In this document: positions 18,737-27,713 of the stretch, piece after piece
How the letters are laid out: every line of letters starts with the position of its first letter
Numbering within the stretch: the first letter of the stretch is position 1
Sequence record: NC_047776.2
DNA: 64,000 nucleotides
Source: Escherichia phage ESCO5
Reading direction: 5' to 3' (one strand)
Notes under the pieces: model-generated
What the model was told of the DNA's origin: nothing
Seen by the model: the letters and a program-made list of their open reading frames with translations, nothing else
The model's database searches: none
Position numbers and translations under genes: made by a program

Positions 18737-19530
18737 TATTCCTCCTTTCTAATGTTCTCCAGAACCCACTGAAGTTCTTTTAAACTTAAACTTCTTACTC
18801 CCGCAGTTTTACTAGCTTCAGCTTTAAGTAACGGGTAAGCCTCAATGATACGCGTTTTAAGATCAGAAGTCAAGGCTTTTAAAAAATAGGTAGATGCTTC
18901 AGATAAAGAATCTTCTTCTGATAACACTTTACCTGCACTTGCTCCCGCTCTCCTAACGGCTATATCGTAGTCTTTACTGTTACCTAATACGAATAGTCGA
19001 TTCTCTCCTAAAACAACGGGAGAACGCTTCTCGTTGCGTTTAATCCATATCTGGAATACACAAGGAACATCCCAAGGTTCTCCATGAAGAATAAAAGATC
19101 CTTTTGGACATTCTTCTTCGTAAAGAAGATGCATGTGGGGATTTAGTTTGTGTGCAAAAAAGATTTTTTGAAATGTGCGAGGCAAGATAAAACAAATACC
19201 ACCTTCGTTATCCAACATTTCAGCACAATGGTTAAAGAACTTAATGGCAAGACTAGCATTTTTTCCAAACGGAGGATTACCGACAAAAGCAGTTACACTA
19301 CCAACAGACTCAACAGATTGAGCTAAAAAATCTGCCTCAATACAATCTTCAAACTTAGGGTCAATATCAAAAGAAGTTATGTTTTTAAAACAAGAAGAGA
19401 AAGCTCCTTCTCCCGCAGATGGTTCTACGTAGTTAGCTTCCTCTCCAAAAATTTCTTTGATCTTATCACATAAGAACCCCGCATAAGCGGGGTTAGTGTA
19501 ATATTGATCAAGTGTGTTCAACTTGCTCAA
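18736..19530 (-). CDS. DNA N6-adenine methyltransferase
   Basis: 264 aa; TTG start after AAGGAGG. AdoMet motif EPSAGEGAF and catalytic NPPF motif. Confidence 0.7.
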   Translation of the reverse strand: MSKLNTLDQYYTNPAYAGFLCDKIKEIFGEEANYVEPSAGEGAFSSCFKNITSFDIDPKFEDCIEADFLAQSVESVGSVTAFVGNPPFGKNASLAIKFFNHCAEMLDNEGGICFILPRTFQKIFFAHKLNPHMHLLYEEECPKGSFILHGEPWDVPCVFQIWIKRNEKRSPVVLGENRLFVLGNSKDYDIAVRRAGASAGKVLSEEDSLSEASTYFLKALTSDLKTRIIEAYPLLKAEASKTAGVRSLSLKELQWVLENIRKEE

Positions 19531-19539
19531 TAGTCCTCC

Positions 19540-19971
19540 TTAGTTGTTAGCGAACTCAATAGTGAGGTCAACTTTACCATCGTCAGAAATAACCATGTTT
19601 TTGGTATTTTTAAAGATGATATCTACTTTACCTTCACTTACACGACAGAATGCAACACCATCTGCAACTTTATCGATATAATATTTGTAAGAAAGAATAC
19701 CCACTTTACTACGACCAGCACCTTTTGTGAAAGAAGGGCTTACATCGAAACGGAAACCTTTAGAAGAAACAACACGGTAAGAACGTCCAGTTGGAAGATG
19801 TTCAATAACAGAGACATTGTTCTCAACAACTTTTACAGCAAACTCTTCAGGATGATCCTCAACAATCATATGTGGGATGGCAAATGCCAACGCTTGTTTG
19901 TGTTTAATAACACCAGCACCCAGAGCACCAGCAGCTTTAACTTTTGCATTCAGATCGATTGTCATACGCAT
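19540..19971 (-). CDS. hypothetical protein
   Basis: 143-aa ORF with its own promoter and RBS (GAGGAG) upstream. Confidence 0.5.
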   Translation of the reverse strand: MRMTIDLNAKVKAAGALGAGVIKHKQALAFAIPHMIVEDHPEEFAVKVVENNVSVIEHLPTGRSYRVVSSKGFRFDVSPSFTKGAGRSKVGILSYKYYIDKVADGVAFCRVSEGKVDIIFKNTKNMVISDDGKVDLTIEFANN

Positions 19972-20004
19972 TTTTACTTCTCCTCTTGTTTGGTTGATGA
20001 GACA

Positions 20005-20033
20005 AGTATAAGTCCCTTCCGTAAAGTTGTCAA
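20005..20033 (-). promoter_or_regulatory. sigma70-like promoter (TTGACA-N17-TATACT) for the 143-aa gene
   Basis: On the - strand: TTGACA at 20033-20028, TATACT at 20010-20005, then RBS and ATG at 19971. Confidence 0.45.
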
Positions 20034-20045
20034 CAGGTATTTTTA

Positions 20046-20066
20046 ATAAAAGGGCCGAAGCCCTTA
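20046..20066 (-). terminator. terminator-like hairpin after the primase-helicase gene
   Basis: aagggcttcggccctt followed by ttattaaaa on the - strand. Confidence 0.35.
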
Positions 20067-21842
20067 ATAATTGCTATCCGTAGGCAAATTAGCAGGATTG
20101 TTGAAATACTGCTCTTTGTCATGCAGAGTTGCAGTTCTAATGTCATAGTAAAACTGCCCTGCCGGACCAGTTTCCGAGAACTCACGGTTTTTTAGGATAA
20201 AGCAATGAGTCGTATTGCGTTCTACAGGGTCTTCAGCGGCTTTATCTCGTTCCAAAGCCAAGGTAATACCAGCACCTTTAGCCAAGAAACTACTACCCAT
20301 TGCATCGTCCTCTGTTAAGTGTTCATTGCCACCATTAGCCGATTTCTTAACGTGTGAGATGACGATAATAGTTATAGCATACTCTTTCATGATGCGCTTC
20401 AACCATGTTGCTAACTCTTCCTGGGCTTGAACATCCATACCAGAAAGCAAATCAGAATAAGGGTCGATAACAAGAATTGTTACTCCAAAATAGATGATCA
20501 TCTCCAAAACTTTTTCTTTGATAGACTCCACATCTGCTCCACGATCATCACACACATAAAAACGTGGTGATCCATCTTCTCTTTCGTAAAAATCCAGGAT
20601 TTTTTCTTTATTCTCTTCCAAGATTTGAAATTTCTCTTCCGGTGTTTTCCTGTGTAGAGGAATATGCAGGAACGAGGACAACAGGTTACGAGAATATTTC
20701 TTATAAGTTGCTTCCAAGGACAGAATACCTAGGGTATGTTCTGGGTGCGCAACAATAATATGTTTGGTGATCTCGTTCACCATCAAAGTTTTACCGATAC
20801 TGGTCTTTGCCAGGATGACTGTAATCTCTTCCTCTACTAAACCACCACCCAGCATATTTGCAGCAACACGCATAAAAGGAGGCAAGGTAATCATCTTGGA
20901 TTCCAAGCATTCTAATGCAGCTTCATACAAGACATTAGAAGCATAAACACCTGCTGGGGTGTATAGACGAGCACTCCAAAAAGCTTTTACGAAATCTTTT
21001 GCACGACCTTCTTCCAGATACTGATTGGCATCCTTAAGATCCATCTGCATACGATAGACTTTGTTACGAGGCAGCACCTTAACAATATTTTCAAATGCCT
21101 CATTACCTGCTTTGTCGTTATCCATGCAAACAATAATCTTCTTAAATTTTTCAAAGAAAGGATATTGTGCCTGAACTTGTTTATACATACTGGTTTCACC
21201 AGTTGTGCCACTTACTACGGCTGGAAGCTCATATTTACTGTCCAAGTTTTCAGATAGCATTTGATAAGCTGCCAGAGCATCGTGTTCACCACCTGTAATT
21301 ACAACAGTATGAGAACGGTCTGCAAAACGAATTTGTCCAAAAAGATCTACATCTTTACCTACTTGACCAATAGGTTTACTGAAATCTTTAGGATGAATAC
21401 GACGCTTAAAACCAACCAATTCTTTACCGATGGTAGTCGGATATAAACAACTTTCTACTACCATCTGATCTCCTTCCTGACGGTATTCATAACGAACACC
21501 ATAGAAAGATGAAACTTTTTCTTTAATGCCTCGATAACCACGTGGGTTGGTTGATGTTTCTTGAACAATTTTACGATGAATCTGTTTATTAAATTCCGAA
21601 CCCACAATCTCCTCCTCTTCTTCTAAAACTTCACCATTTTCTCGTAACCATTCTACGCTAGGAATAGTGTATTCACACGCAAAGCACTTAGCACCTTTAT
21701 GCTCTCCATTAGAATCTAATCCGTAAACCATCAGGTTATTACGAGAGCGATCCTTGCCATTTTTCATGCAGCGCGGACAACCTGTATGTCCTTCCTTGCT
21801 AAGATCAACATCAAATCCATATTTAGTTATAATGTGCGACAC
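20064..21842 (-). CDS. primase-helicase (T7 gp4-like)
   Basis: 592 aa; N-terminal zinc ribbon (CPRC...CFAC), Toprim-like GGEHDALAA, Walker A ILAKTSIGKT, Walker B-like VLVIDPYSD. Confidence 0.8.
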   Translation of the reverse strand: MSHIITKYGFDVDLSKEGHTGCPRCMKNGKDRSRNNLMVYGLDSNGEHKGAKCFACEYTIPSVEWLRENGEVLEEEEEIVGSEFNKQIHRKIVQETSTNPRGYRGIKEKVSSFYGVRYEYRQEGDQMVVESCLYPTTIGKELVGFKRRIHPKDFSKPIGQVGKDVDLFGQIRFADRSHTVVITGGEHDALAAYQMLSENLDSKYELPAVVSGTTGETSMYKQVQAQYPFFEKFKKIIVCMDNDKAGNEAFENIVKVLPRNKVYRMQMDLKDANQYLEEGRAKDFVKAFWSARLYTPAGVYASNVLYEAALECLESKMITLPPFMRVAANMLGGGLVEEEITVILAKTSIGKTLMVNEITKHIIVAHPEHTLGILSLEATYKKYSRNLLSSFLHIPLHRKTPEEKFQILEENKEKILDFYEREDGSPRFYVCDDRGADVESIKEKVLEMIIYFGVTILVIDPYSDLLSGMDVQAQEELATWLKRIMKEYAITIIVISHVKKSANGGNEHLTEDDAMGSSFLAKGAGITLALERDKAAEDPVERNTTHCFILKNREFSETGPAGQFYYDIRTATLHDKEQYFNNPANLPTDSNY

Positions 21843-21854
21843 TTTGTTCTCCTG

Positions 21855-22133
21855 TTAAAATGGTTCGTTAGTCTCCATCATATATTCTGCTTCTAGTTCT
21901 TCCATGTGCTTTCTAAATTGGAAAGCAATTTCTGCTACAGTTACATTTAAATCTTTTTCAAAAACTTCTGTAGATCCTTCATAAAAACGAATACCGTCAA
22001 TTAAAAGCCCTCCGTGGTAATCCCAATCGCTTTCACGAGAAAGTGGATTAGGTTCTTCATAATAGTAATCCACCTCCACAACCAAGGCTTTCCCGTTACG
22101 AGTGGTGTATTCAAAATCAAAAGTGTTAATCAT
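21855..22133 (-). CDS. hypothetical protein
   Basis: 92-aa ORF; stop overlaps the next start. Confidence 0.5.
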   Translation of the reverse strand: MINTFDFEYTTRNGKALVVEVDYYYEEPNPLSRESDWDYHGGLLIDGIRFYEGSTEVFEKDLNVTVAEIAFQFRKHMEELEAEYMMETNEPF

Positions 22134-23077
22134 TATAGCTCCTCAAATAAAAGTCTACGACGCTCATTCAACACATCAATGTGATAATGAGTCCTGACAT
22201 ACTTAGCTAATGCTAATCCTTTCTCCATGCAAACATCGGGAGCACTTAATAAGTATTCCGTAATATCTTTCCACTCGGAAGGTGTTTCAGCAAAGAATAA
22301 CAAATCTTTAAACTCTTGTGTATGATAATTCTCACGAGGAGAGCAGATTAAAGGTAAACCCTTAGCACCTGCCTCAAGAATTTTAAGATTGCTTTTTGCA
22401 TTATTAAACACGTTATCGATCAATGGTGCAAGACTGATTTGATGACCATCGTAAGATTCCATGTAGTAGGCATATGGTCTTACACCTTCATAAACACAAG
22501 TTGGTGCTACATTTTCCCTGATTAAAGACCATTCACGACTACTTAAAACTTCAGAATCCCTACGAAAACCACATATTGTAAGATCTTTACCAAAATCGGG
22601 CAAGATAGCCAAATCTTGTTTATGTGTTTCACTTCCAGCCCAGACTAATGGAGTTTTGGAGTAGCGATCACGGGTCAACACAAATTGACCTTCATCGTAA
22701 GGAAGTCCATTAGGGATTATGTGCACATTATCATTGTATTGTGAAAGTTCAACTTGCAAGGCAGGTGTCGTAGTTGTAACAAGATCACTGTGCTCTAAAA
22801 ACCATTTTAAATGTTCACGAATACCTGATTCAAAAATACCTTCTAACATGTGTCCTTTTGGAATAACTAAAGAGTCATCCAAATCCATAACCATTTTAAA
22901 GCCCAGGTTTTTAAGGGCTAAAAAGCCCTCTTTACCTTTTGTTGGCACTCCGTTAAAAACGAAAACGTTGTGTTTAGGTTGTGAAGAGAACTGCCTTGAG
23001 TAAGGCAGCACTACCCTATGGAAATCGCAGACACTATAATTGATTCCGTTACGATTGTCAAGAATTATTTGTCCCAT
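22133..23077 (-). CDS. glycosyltransferase (GT-B fold, group 1-like), paralog 1
   Basis: 314 aa; C-terminal KSNLKILEAGAKGLPLICS resembles the GT1 sugar-donor-binding motif; clear paralog of the next gene. Confidence 0.5.
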   Translation of the reverse strand: MGQIILDNRNGINYSVCDFHRVVLPYSRQFSSQPKHNVFVFNGVPTKGKEGFLALKNLGFKMVMDLDDSLVIPKGHMLEGIFESGIREHLKWFLEHSDLVTTTTPALQVELSQYNDNVHIIPNGLPYDEGQFVLTRDRYSKTPLVWAGSETHKQDLAILPDFGKDLTICGFRRDSEVLSSREWSLIRENVAPTCVYEGVRPYAYYMESYDGHQISLAPLIDNVFNNAKSNLKILEAGAKGLPLICSPRENYHTQEFKDLLFFAETPSEWKDITEYLLSAPDVCMEKGLALAKYVRTHYHIDVLNERRRLLFEEL

Positions 23078-23084
23078 ACTTCAC

Positions 23085-24032
23085 CTACAAACTTTCAATA
23101 ACCTGGCGTCGCAATTCGTTTGCATCTGCCAGATTATAATGTGTTCGAACATGTTCCGCTAAGAACAAGCCGCGATCTTCCCGATAGTTCGGATTGCGAA
23201 GAAGCTTAACAATTTCGTAATGCCATTCAGCTTTATTCTCTGCGTAAGCAACAGCGCGAGCATCTACAGGGTTAAAATAAGGTAATACCTTAGAACAAAC
23301 AATCGGAATACCTTTTGCCCCAGCTTCAAGGATTTTGAGATTACTTTTACAATTATTAAAATCATTGTCTACCAAAGGAGCTATAGCAATAGCATGACTT
23401 TCGTAAACACTCATGTAATTATCTAAATCTTTTACAGCAGCTTTATATTTGGCGTTTGGTAAATTTCTACGGATCTTAATCCACTCTTGCCCTGTGATAC
23501 TCTGCGATGCTTCATATCCTGCAATAGTAAGAAGTTCATCATCGAAAGTATTAGAGACTAGTCGTAAATCGGGTTCGTGACTAGCACCGCCAGCCCATAC
23601 AACAGGGGTACCGGATGAACGATCATTTGACAAAGTGAATTGTCCGCTATCAAAAGGAAGTGCATTTCGGATCACAACAACATTCCTATTTAAGTGACGG
23701 ATCTTATATGCCAAATATTCCGTAGTCACAATGACCACATCGGCAAGCTTAACCATAGCTACAATAGCATGAGTGTTTGACTCATATAAACTTGCTAAAT
23801 AATGTTCTGGATTAAGTTGGTAGAAATCATCTAAATCTACAACAATCTTAACACCTTGACGTTTCAGTGACAGAACATATTCTGCCCCTTTAGAATGAAT
23901 ACGGTTAAACACGACAACATCTTTCTTAGGCTGAAAATTATTGTTGTTAAATGGTATAACAATACGATGATAATCACAACCACTGTGAGGTTTTGCATCA
24001 ATTTTCAGTTTAGTCCATTTTTTATTTGACAT
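23085..24032 (-). CDS. glycosyltransferase (GT-B fold, group 1-like), paralog 2
   Basis: Shares VVWAG, APLVDN and KSNLKILEAGAKGIPIVCS with paralog 1. Start placed at the ATG 9 nt after AGGAGG (track ORF extends to 24071). Confidence 0.5.
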   Translation of the reverse strand: MSNKKWTKLKIDAKPHSGCDYHRIVIPFNNNNFQPKKDVVVFNRIHSKGAEYVLSLKRQGVKIVVDLDDFYQLNPEHYLASLYESNTHAIVAMVKLADVVIVTTEYLAYKIRHLNRNVVVIRNALPFDSGQFTLSNDRSSGTPVVWAGGASHEPDLRLVSNTFDDELLTIAGYEASQSITGQEWIKIRRNLPNAKYKAAVKDLDNYMSVYESHAIAIAPLVDNDFNNCKSNLKILEAGAKGIPIVCSKVLPYFNPVDARAVAYAENKAEWHYEIVKLLRNPNYREDRGLFLAEHVRTHYNLADANELRRQVIESL

Positions 24033-24705
24033 GTGCCAGTGCCTCCTCATAAGAAATTCGGATTTTCCCATTTTTAATATCTTCTAAAGACGCTTTATAT
24101 TCTTCCCAGTTAATGCCAATAGCAACTTCTTTCTCTTCTTTTGTCAGATTAGCAAAAGGCATAGGATTGTTTCCAAAAACATCGTCTGGGTGGATATAAG
24201 CCATGATACGAAGTGGACAAGGTATTGCCTGAATGCCCTGATTCAAACCAGCAGCTTTCAAACGGTGTACCCATTCAGCATCTTCAAAACCATAGCCGTG
24301 AGTGTAAGGGCGGAAATAACCCATCTTCTCAACAACGGCACGAGAATACATTGCAAATTGACACATTGCAAGTTCCCAGAGAATAACTTCTCCTTTACTC
24401 CCAACAACTTTATCTTTGAAATACTCCGGCATACCAAAGAAATCCCATCCTCCAGAGACAGCTTGATCTACAAAATATGTTTCCCATCCCTCCATGATTG
24501 GGTAGCAATCGTCGTCAAAAATAAACCAATAATCATAACCTTCTTCATAAAACTGGTGCATAAGTTCATTCCTGGCGTAAGCTACACCTTTACGATCTGG
24601 ATCGTTGAATACTCGAAAATCTGCATGTGGATCTGTTACAAGGTAGTCTTTAAGTGGACGGACACCTACAGTGATAACACCCACTCCGATTTTAATATTT
24701 TCCAT
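24022..24705 (-). CDS. glycosyltransferase-like protein (GT-A-like, DxD-type motif)
   Basis: 227 aa; FIFDDDCYP acidic motif after a beta-strand, typical of GT-A nucleotide-sugar transferases. Confidence 0.45.
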   Translation of the reverse strand: MENIKIGVGVITVGVRPLKDYLVTDPHADFRVFNDPDRKGVAYARNELMHQFYEEGYDYWFIFDDDCYPIMEGWETYFVDQAVSGGWDFFGMPEYFKDKVVGSKGEVILWELAMCQFAMYSRAVVEKMGYFRPYTHGYGFEDAEWVHRLKAAGLNQGIQAIPCPLRIMAYIHPDDVFGNNPMPFANLTKEEKEVAIGINWEEYKASLEDIKNGKIRISYEEALAHVK

Positions 24706-24713
24706 TTTCTCTC

Positions 24714-25277
24714 CTAAATAGTTTTACTGTGATCGTGACAGTGTAATAAATGATGTATAGACCGTTGAGGATTTGTTTGACCTAATCTGTAAATGTGAAA
24801 CAGATACATTCCCCGCATCAATCCTAACCTCTTTCCTTTTTCATGTAAAGTGCGAGAGAAAATTAAGTCGAATTGGATAGATTTTTCTTCGAAAGGAATT
24901 TCATTCCACAATGATTTTCTAAAAAGCAAAAAGAAACCTGCCAGAGGTGTTCCGAAAGGAACTTCTTCAACACTCACTTTATGATATTCTCTTGCAATCT
25001 TAGCATATTCTATATGGTTTAGAATATCTGGATCATCGTTAATTTGGTTAGAGAAAAGCTGATAACCACTACCTAACCTGTTACAAGTTGCACCTATTAC
25101 ATCAAAAGGCGGGTTTGACATAACAAGCTCTTCAAGCATAGATGGTTGATCAGGCAGGAGGAACATTGTATCGGTATCTCTTAAGCACACCCAACTATCA
25201 TCTGGAAGAACGGCAATAGCTTCATTGATAGCCTTGCCGATATTTCCTGTCAGATAGGGAGTAATATAATAAATCAT
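24714..25277 (-). CDS. glycosyltransferase-like protein (GT-A-like)
   Basis: 187 aa; N-terminal Rossmann-like IYYITPY... and LRDTDTMF motif. Confidence 0.4.
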   Translation of the reverse strand: MIYYITPYLTGNIGKAINEAIAVLPDDSWVCLRDTDTMFLLPDQPSMLEELVMSNPPFDVIGATCNRLGSGYQLFSNQINDDPDILNHIEYAKIAREYHKVSVEEVPFGTPLAGFFLLFRKSLWNEIPFEEKSIQFDLIFSRTLHEKGKRLGLMRGMYLFHIYRLGQTNPQRSIHHLLHCHDHSKTI

Positions 25278-25293
25278 TCTCCCCTCCGTTATA

Positions 25294-25485
25294 TTAACTG
25301 TCAGCTACAATCCCACGTTTAATCATTTCTTGTTGGATTTGGATGACACGATCTCGTGCTTCCATATATTCTTTAAAAGATTCTTGGAGATGGTCACGAG
25401 CTACATCCCGTAGTTTAATCAGCTTGTCGTTTGTCACTTCTTGAAGAGAGATCTCGCCAGTTTCATTGGTCCCAAGCGTTTTCAT
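25294..25485 (-). CDS. hypothetical protein
   Basis: 63-aa ORF, predicted helical. Confidence 0.4.
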   Translation of the reverse strand: MKTLGTNETGEISLQEVTNDKLIKLRDVARDHLQESFKEYMEARDRVIQIQQEMIKRGIVADS

Positions 25486-25693
25486 TTACAACCTCCTTAA
25501 TAGCTACTGCACAGTTCTTACAAATACATTGACCTTTGTTCTTAGAAATTTCAATGTAAGGTTCATTTTCGTTTTCTCCGCGTCGTGAATCGTATATTAC
25601 AGTATTGAAGCAGACAACGCAAATGTTTTTAATAACAACATATTTTTGCACTTTTTGTTTAGTGCGAAAATTTACTTCAATGACTTCTCCCAT
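25463..25693 (-). CDS. small zinc-ribbon protein
   Basis: Start placed at the internal ATG that overlaps the upstream stop (TAATG), giving 76 aa; CVVC...CKNC pairs. Confidence 0.4.
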   Translation of the reverse strand: MGEVIEVNFRTKQKVQKYVVIKNICVVCFNTVIYDSRRGENENEPYIEISKNKGQCICKNCAVAIKEVVNENAWDQ

Positions 25694-25977
25694 CAGTGAA
25701 TCTCCCCTAAAATGTTGTTTTGAGACATTACTGCGGAGCATTCTACAGCATCATGAGTCCTTGCAAAACGCTCCCACAGCACAGCATCTACTTTAAGAAC
25801 CACACAAGGATAAATACTGTCGTTGATCATATCAATGCTATATTTATCTACATCCTTTTCATCTTCCATAAACAAAGTAGCGTATGCTTCCAAATGTTTA
25901 CGGGTGTAGTATACGTCCTCTTCGGTAAGACCGACAACCAGGTAACTTGCTACAACAACAGTATTATCTTCTTGCAT
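25693..25977 (-). CDS. hypothetical protein
   Basis: Start placed at the ATG after AAGGGGAG (MQEDNTV...), 94 aa; track ORF extends upstream into the hydrolase gene. Confidence 0.4.
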   Translation of the reverse strand: MQEDNTVVVASYLVVGLTEEDVYYTRKHLEAYATLFMEDEKDVDKYSIDMINDSIYPCVVLKVDAVLWERFARTHDAVECSAVMSQNNILGEIH

Positions 25978-25978
25978 T

Positions 25979-26500
25979 TTAACTCCCCTTTGGTAGATAG
26001 AAACCATGCACTTTATCTCGATAAACAAGACGCATATCACGCTCCCAGTGTGTCCTTATATTCCGTTTCTTGAAGTATAGAGCACCTTTAGTAACATCTA
26101 AAACAGACCGCAATTCAGGAAAATGTTTCTCTAAATAAAGTAAACGCTCCGCTATTGCTTTTGCTTCCTGCCATTTATCTTTCTCTGTCACGTTAAAAGT
26201 TTTCGCATATGAGAATTGCCCTTTCTGGAACAAGACTCCCTTGACTGTGTTAGGGAAGTAGGCATCATTTCTTCTGTTGATTACCACATTCCCAACGGCA
26301 TTCATTCCTTTTTTACCCAGACCGCGACCTTCTGCGTAAATTGCACAAGCTAATAGAATTTTATCATTATATTGCTTTGTACATTTGTGAACTACTTTAG
26401 CGGTTTTTACGTTTGCAGCTTCGGCTTTCGCCACAACAGGTGTAAATGTAAAAGCAGTTAAGGATAGTAACGCAACTGTTACAAAGTTTTTTATCAGCAA
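25979..26500 (-). CDS. secreted cell-wall hydrolase (SleB/Hydrolase_2-like); candidate endolysin or peptidoglycan-remodelling enzyme
   Basis: 173 aa; TTG start 7 nt after AAGGAGG; N-terminal signal-like segment (VALLSLTAFTFTPVVAKA); AIYAEGRG motif typical of SleB-type hydrolases. Confidence 0.55.
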   Translation of the reverse strand: MLIKNFVTVALLSLTAFTFTPVVAKAEAANVKTAKVVHKCTKQYNDKILLACAIYAEGRGLGKKGMNAVGNVVINRRNDAYFPNTVKGVLFQKGQFSYAKTFNVTEKDKWQEAKAIAERLLYLEKHFPELRSVLDVTKGALYFKKRNIRTHWERDMRLVYRDKVHGFYLPKGS

Positions 26501-26532
26501 ATTTTGCCTCCTTTTTAAGTTAACGAATTTCT

Positions 26533-26561
26533 AGTATAACACGATAGAGGCTTTATTGCAA
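26533..26561 (-). promoter_or_regulatory. sigma70-like promoter (TTGCAA-N17-TATACT) upstream of the hydrolase gene
   Basis: Read on the - strand; preceded by a GC hairpin (gagggggagaaatccccctc) downstream of the TerD stop. Confidence 0.4.
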
Positions 26562-26596
26562 GAGGGGGATTTCTCCCCCTCAAAATCATTTGTTAA

Positions 26597-27199
26597 TTAT
26601 GGACATTCATACCATTCTTTTTTACCACCGAAGGCCATTACCACATCGCAAATATCCAGACCAGCTTTACCTACACCATATGCTTTCAGCTTCCATTCTC
26701 CATCTTCACGAACCAGGGAAGCCACGTGGCAGATTGTGTTGCCAGCTACTTCAGGAGCCAGGAAGTCAAAATCCAGAATTTCCACATTACGCTCGGAGTC
26801 GAAGATTTTAAGCATACCTTCAGAAGCATGACCAAAACGTTTCAGACCTGTATCATCATCAATAGTCAGAACAAAGGCAATCTCTTGTGCATCAGGAGAG
26901 ATTTTAGCCAGAGTAATATCAATCTGCTCCATGCTGCCAGTTCCATCACGAACATCGTCACCAGCAAAGGTAGAACGTTCAGGATCAAACTTATTAGCAT
27001 AGCAAACCAGATGACGTGCAGACAGCATTTCAGGATTGCCAGCGGCATTGTGACGACAAACCAGTGCACTTACATCCAGATCCAGTTTAGAATCAGATTT
27101 CCAAGAGAACTCCAGGCGTAGTTCTTTCAGAGCCGGAGCAACTTTCTTCAGGGAAATTTTTTCGCTAGAGCCTTTTTTCAGGGAAATTTTATCAGTCAT
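26597..27199 (-). CDS. terD: TerD-family protein
   Basis: 200 aa; duplicated N-terminal ISLKK motif, LDLDVSALV, FAGDDVRDGTG, IAFVLTIDD and GEWKLKAYG closely parallel E. coli TerD. Confidence 0.8.
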   Translation of the reverse strand: MTDKISLKKGSSEKISLKKVAPALKELRLEFSWKSDSKLDLDVSALVCRHNAAGNPEMLSARHLVCYANKFDPERSTFAGDDVRDGTGSMEQIDITLAKISPDAQEIAFVLTIDDDTGLKRFGHASEGMLKIFDSERNVEILDFDFLAPEVAGNTICHVASLVREDGEWKLKAYGVGKAGLDICDVVMAFGGKKEWYECP

Positions 27200-27214
27200 C
27201 TTTTGTCTCCTCTA

Positions 27215-27484
27215 TTATTTAAGTGTAATACCAGTTACAGTCAATTCTACTTCCAAAAGCTTAGATGTGTTTTGGATTGATACTAATTGTGCATGATGGT
27301 TTAGTTCTACAGCAGAATAATCATTTTCCCCATCATCTACTTTTAAATAAACAATGATTTCACTAAGGTCTAAACCATTTTCGTCAAATGCATTTTCATA
27401 GACGAAAGTATCTCCTACATCCAAATCTTTAATGGTAAGGCATCGTTTATTTACTTTTTGCTCATCAATTTCGAAGTTTAACAC
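27215..27484 (-). CDS. small protein, paralog of 28506-28784, sits directly upstream of terD
   Basis: 89 aa; shares DLDVGDTF(V/M)Y, DENGLD and (T/N)ITLK with its paralog. Confidence 0.5.
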   Translation of the reverse strand: MLNFEIDEQKVNKRCLTIKDLDVGDTFVYENAFDENGLDLSEIIVYLKVDDGENDYSAVELNHHAQLVSIQNTSKLLEVELTVTGITLK

Positions 27485-27713
27485 TTCTTCCTCCTAATAT
27501 TATCTCCGGTTTATATATACGAAGAATTATAGCATTTTCATTTTCTTTGTCAACCCATTCTTCATAATCAGGCCATACATGAATCTCTACTCTACTTACA
27601 ATATCTTCCATTCGCACAGTCCCAATGAAATACTCTTTGAGACTGCACATAATGAAAGCTTCTCTCTCGCGCCAATAATTTTCTATGACTTGAGAGGCAA
27701 GCTCGTCGATCAT
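27465..27713 (-). CDS. hypothetical protein
   Basis: 82-aa ORF with overlaps at both ends. Confidence 0.4.
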   Translation of the reverse strand: MIDELASQVIENYWREREAFIMCSLKEYFIGTVRMEDIVSRVEIHVWPDYEEWVDKENENAIILRIYKPEIILGGRSVKLRN

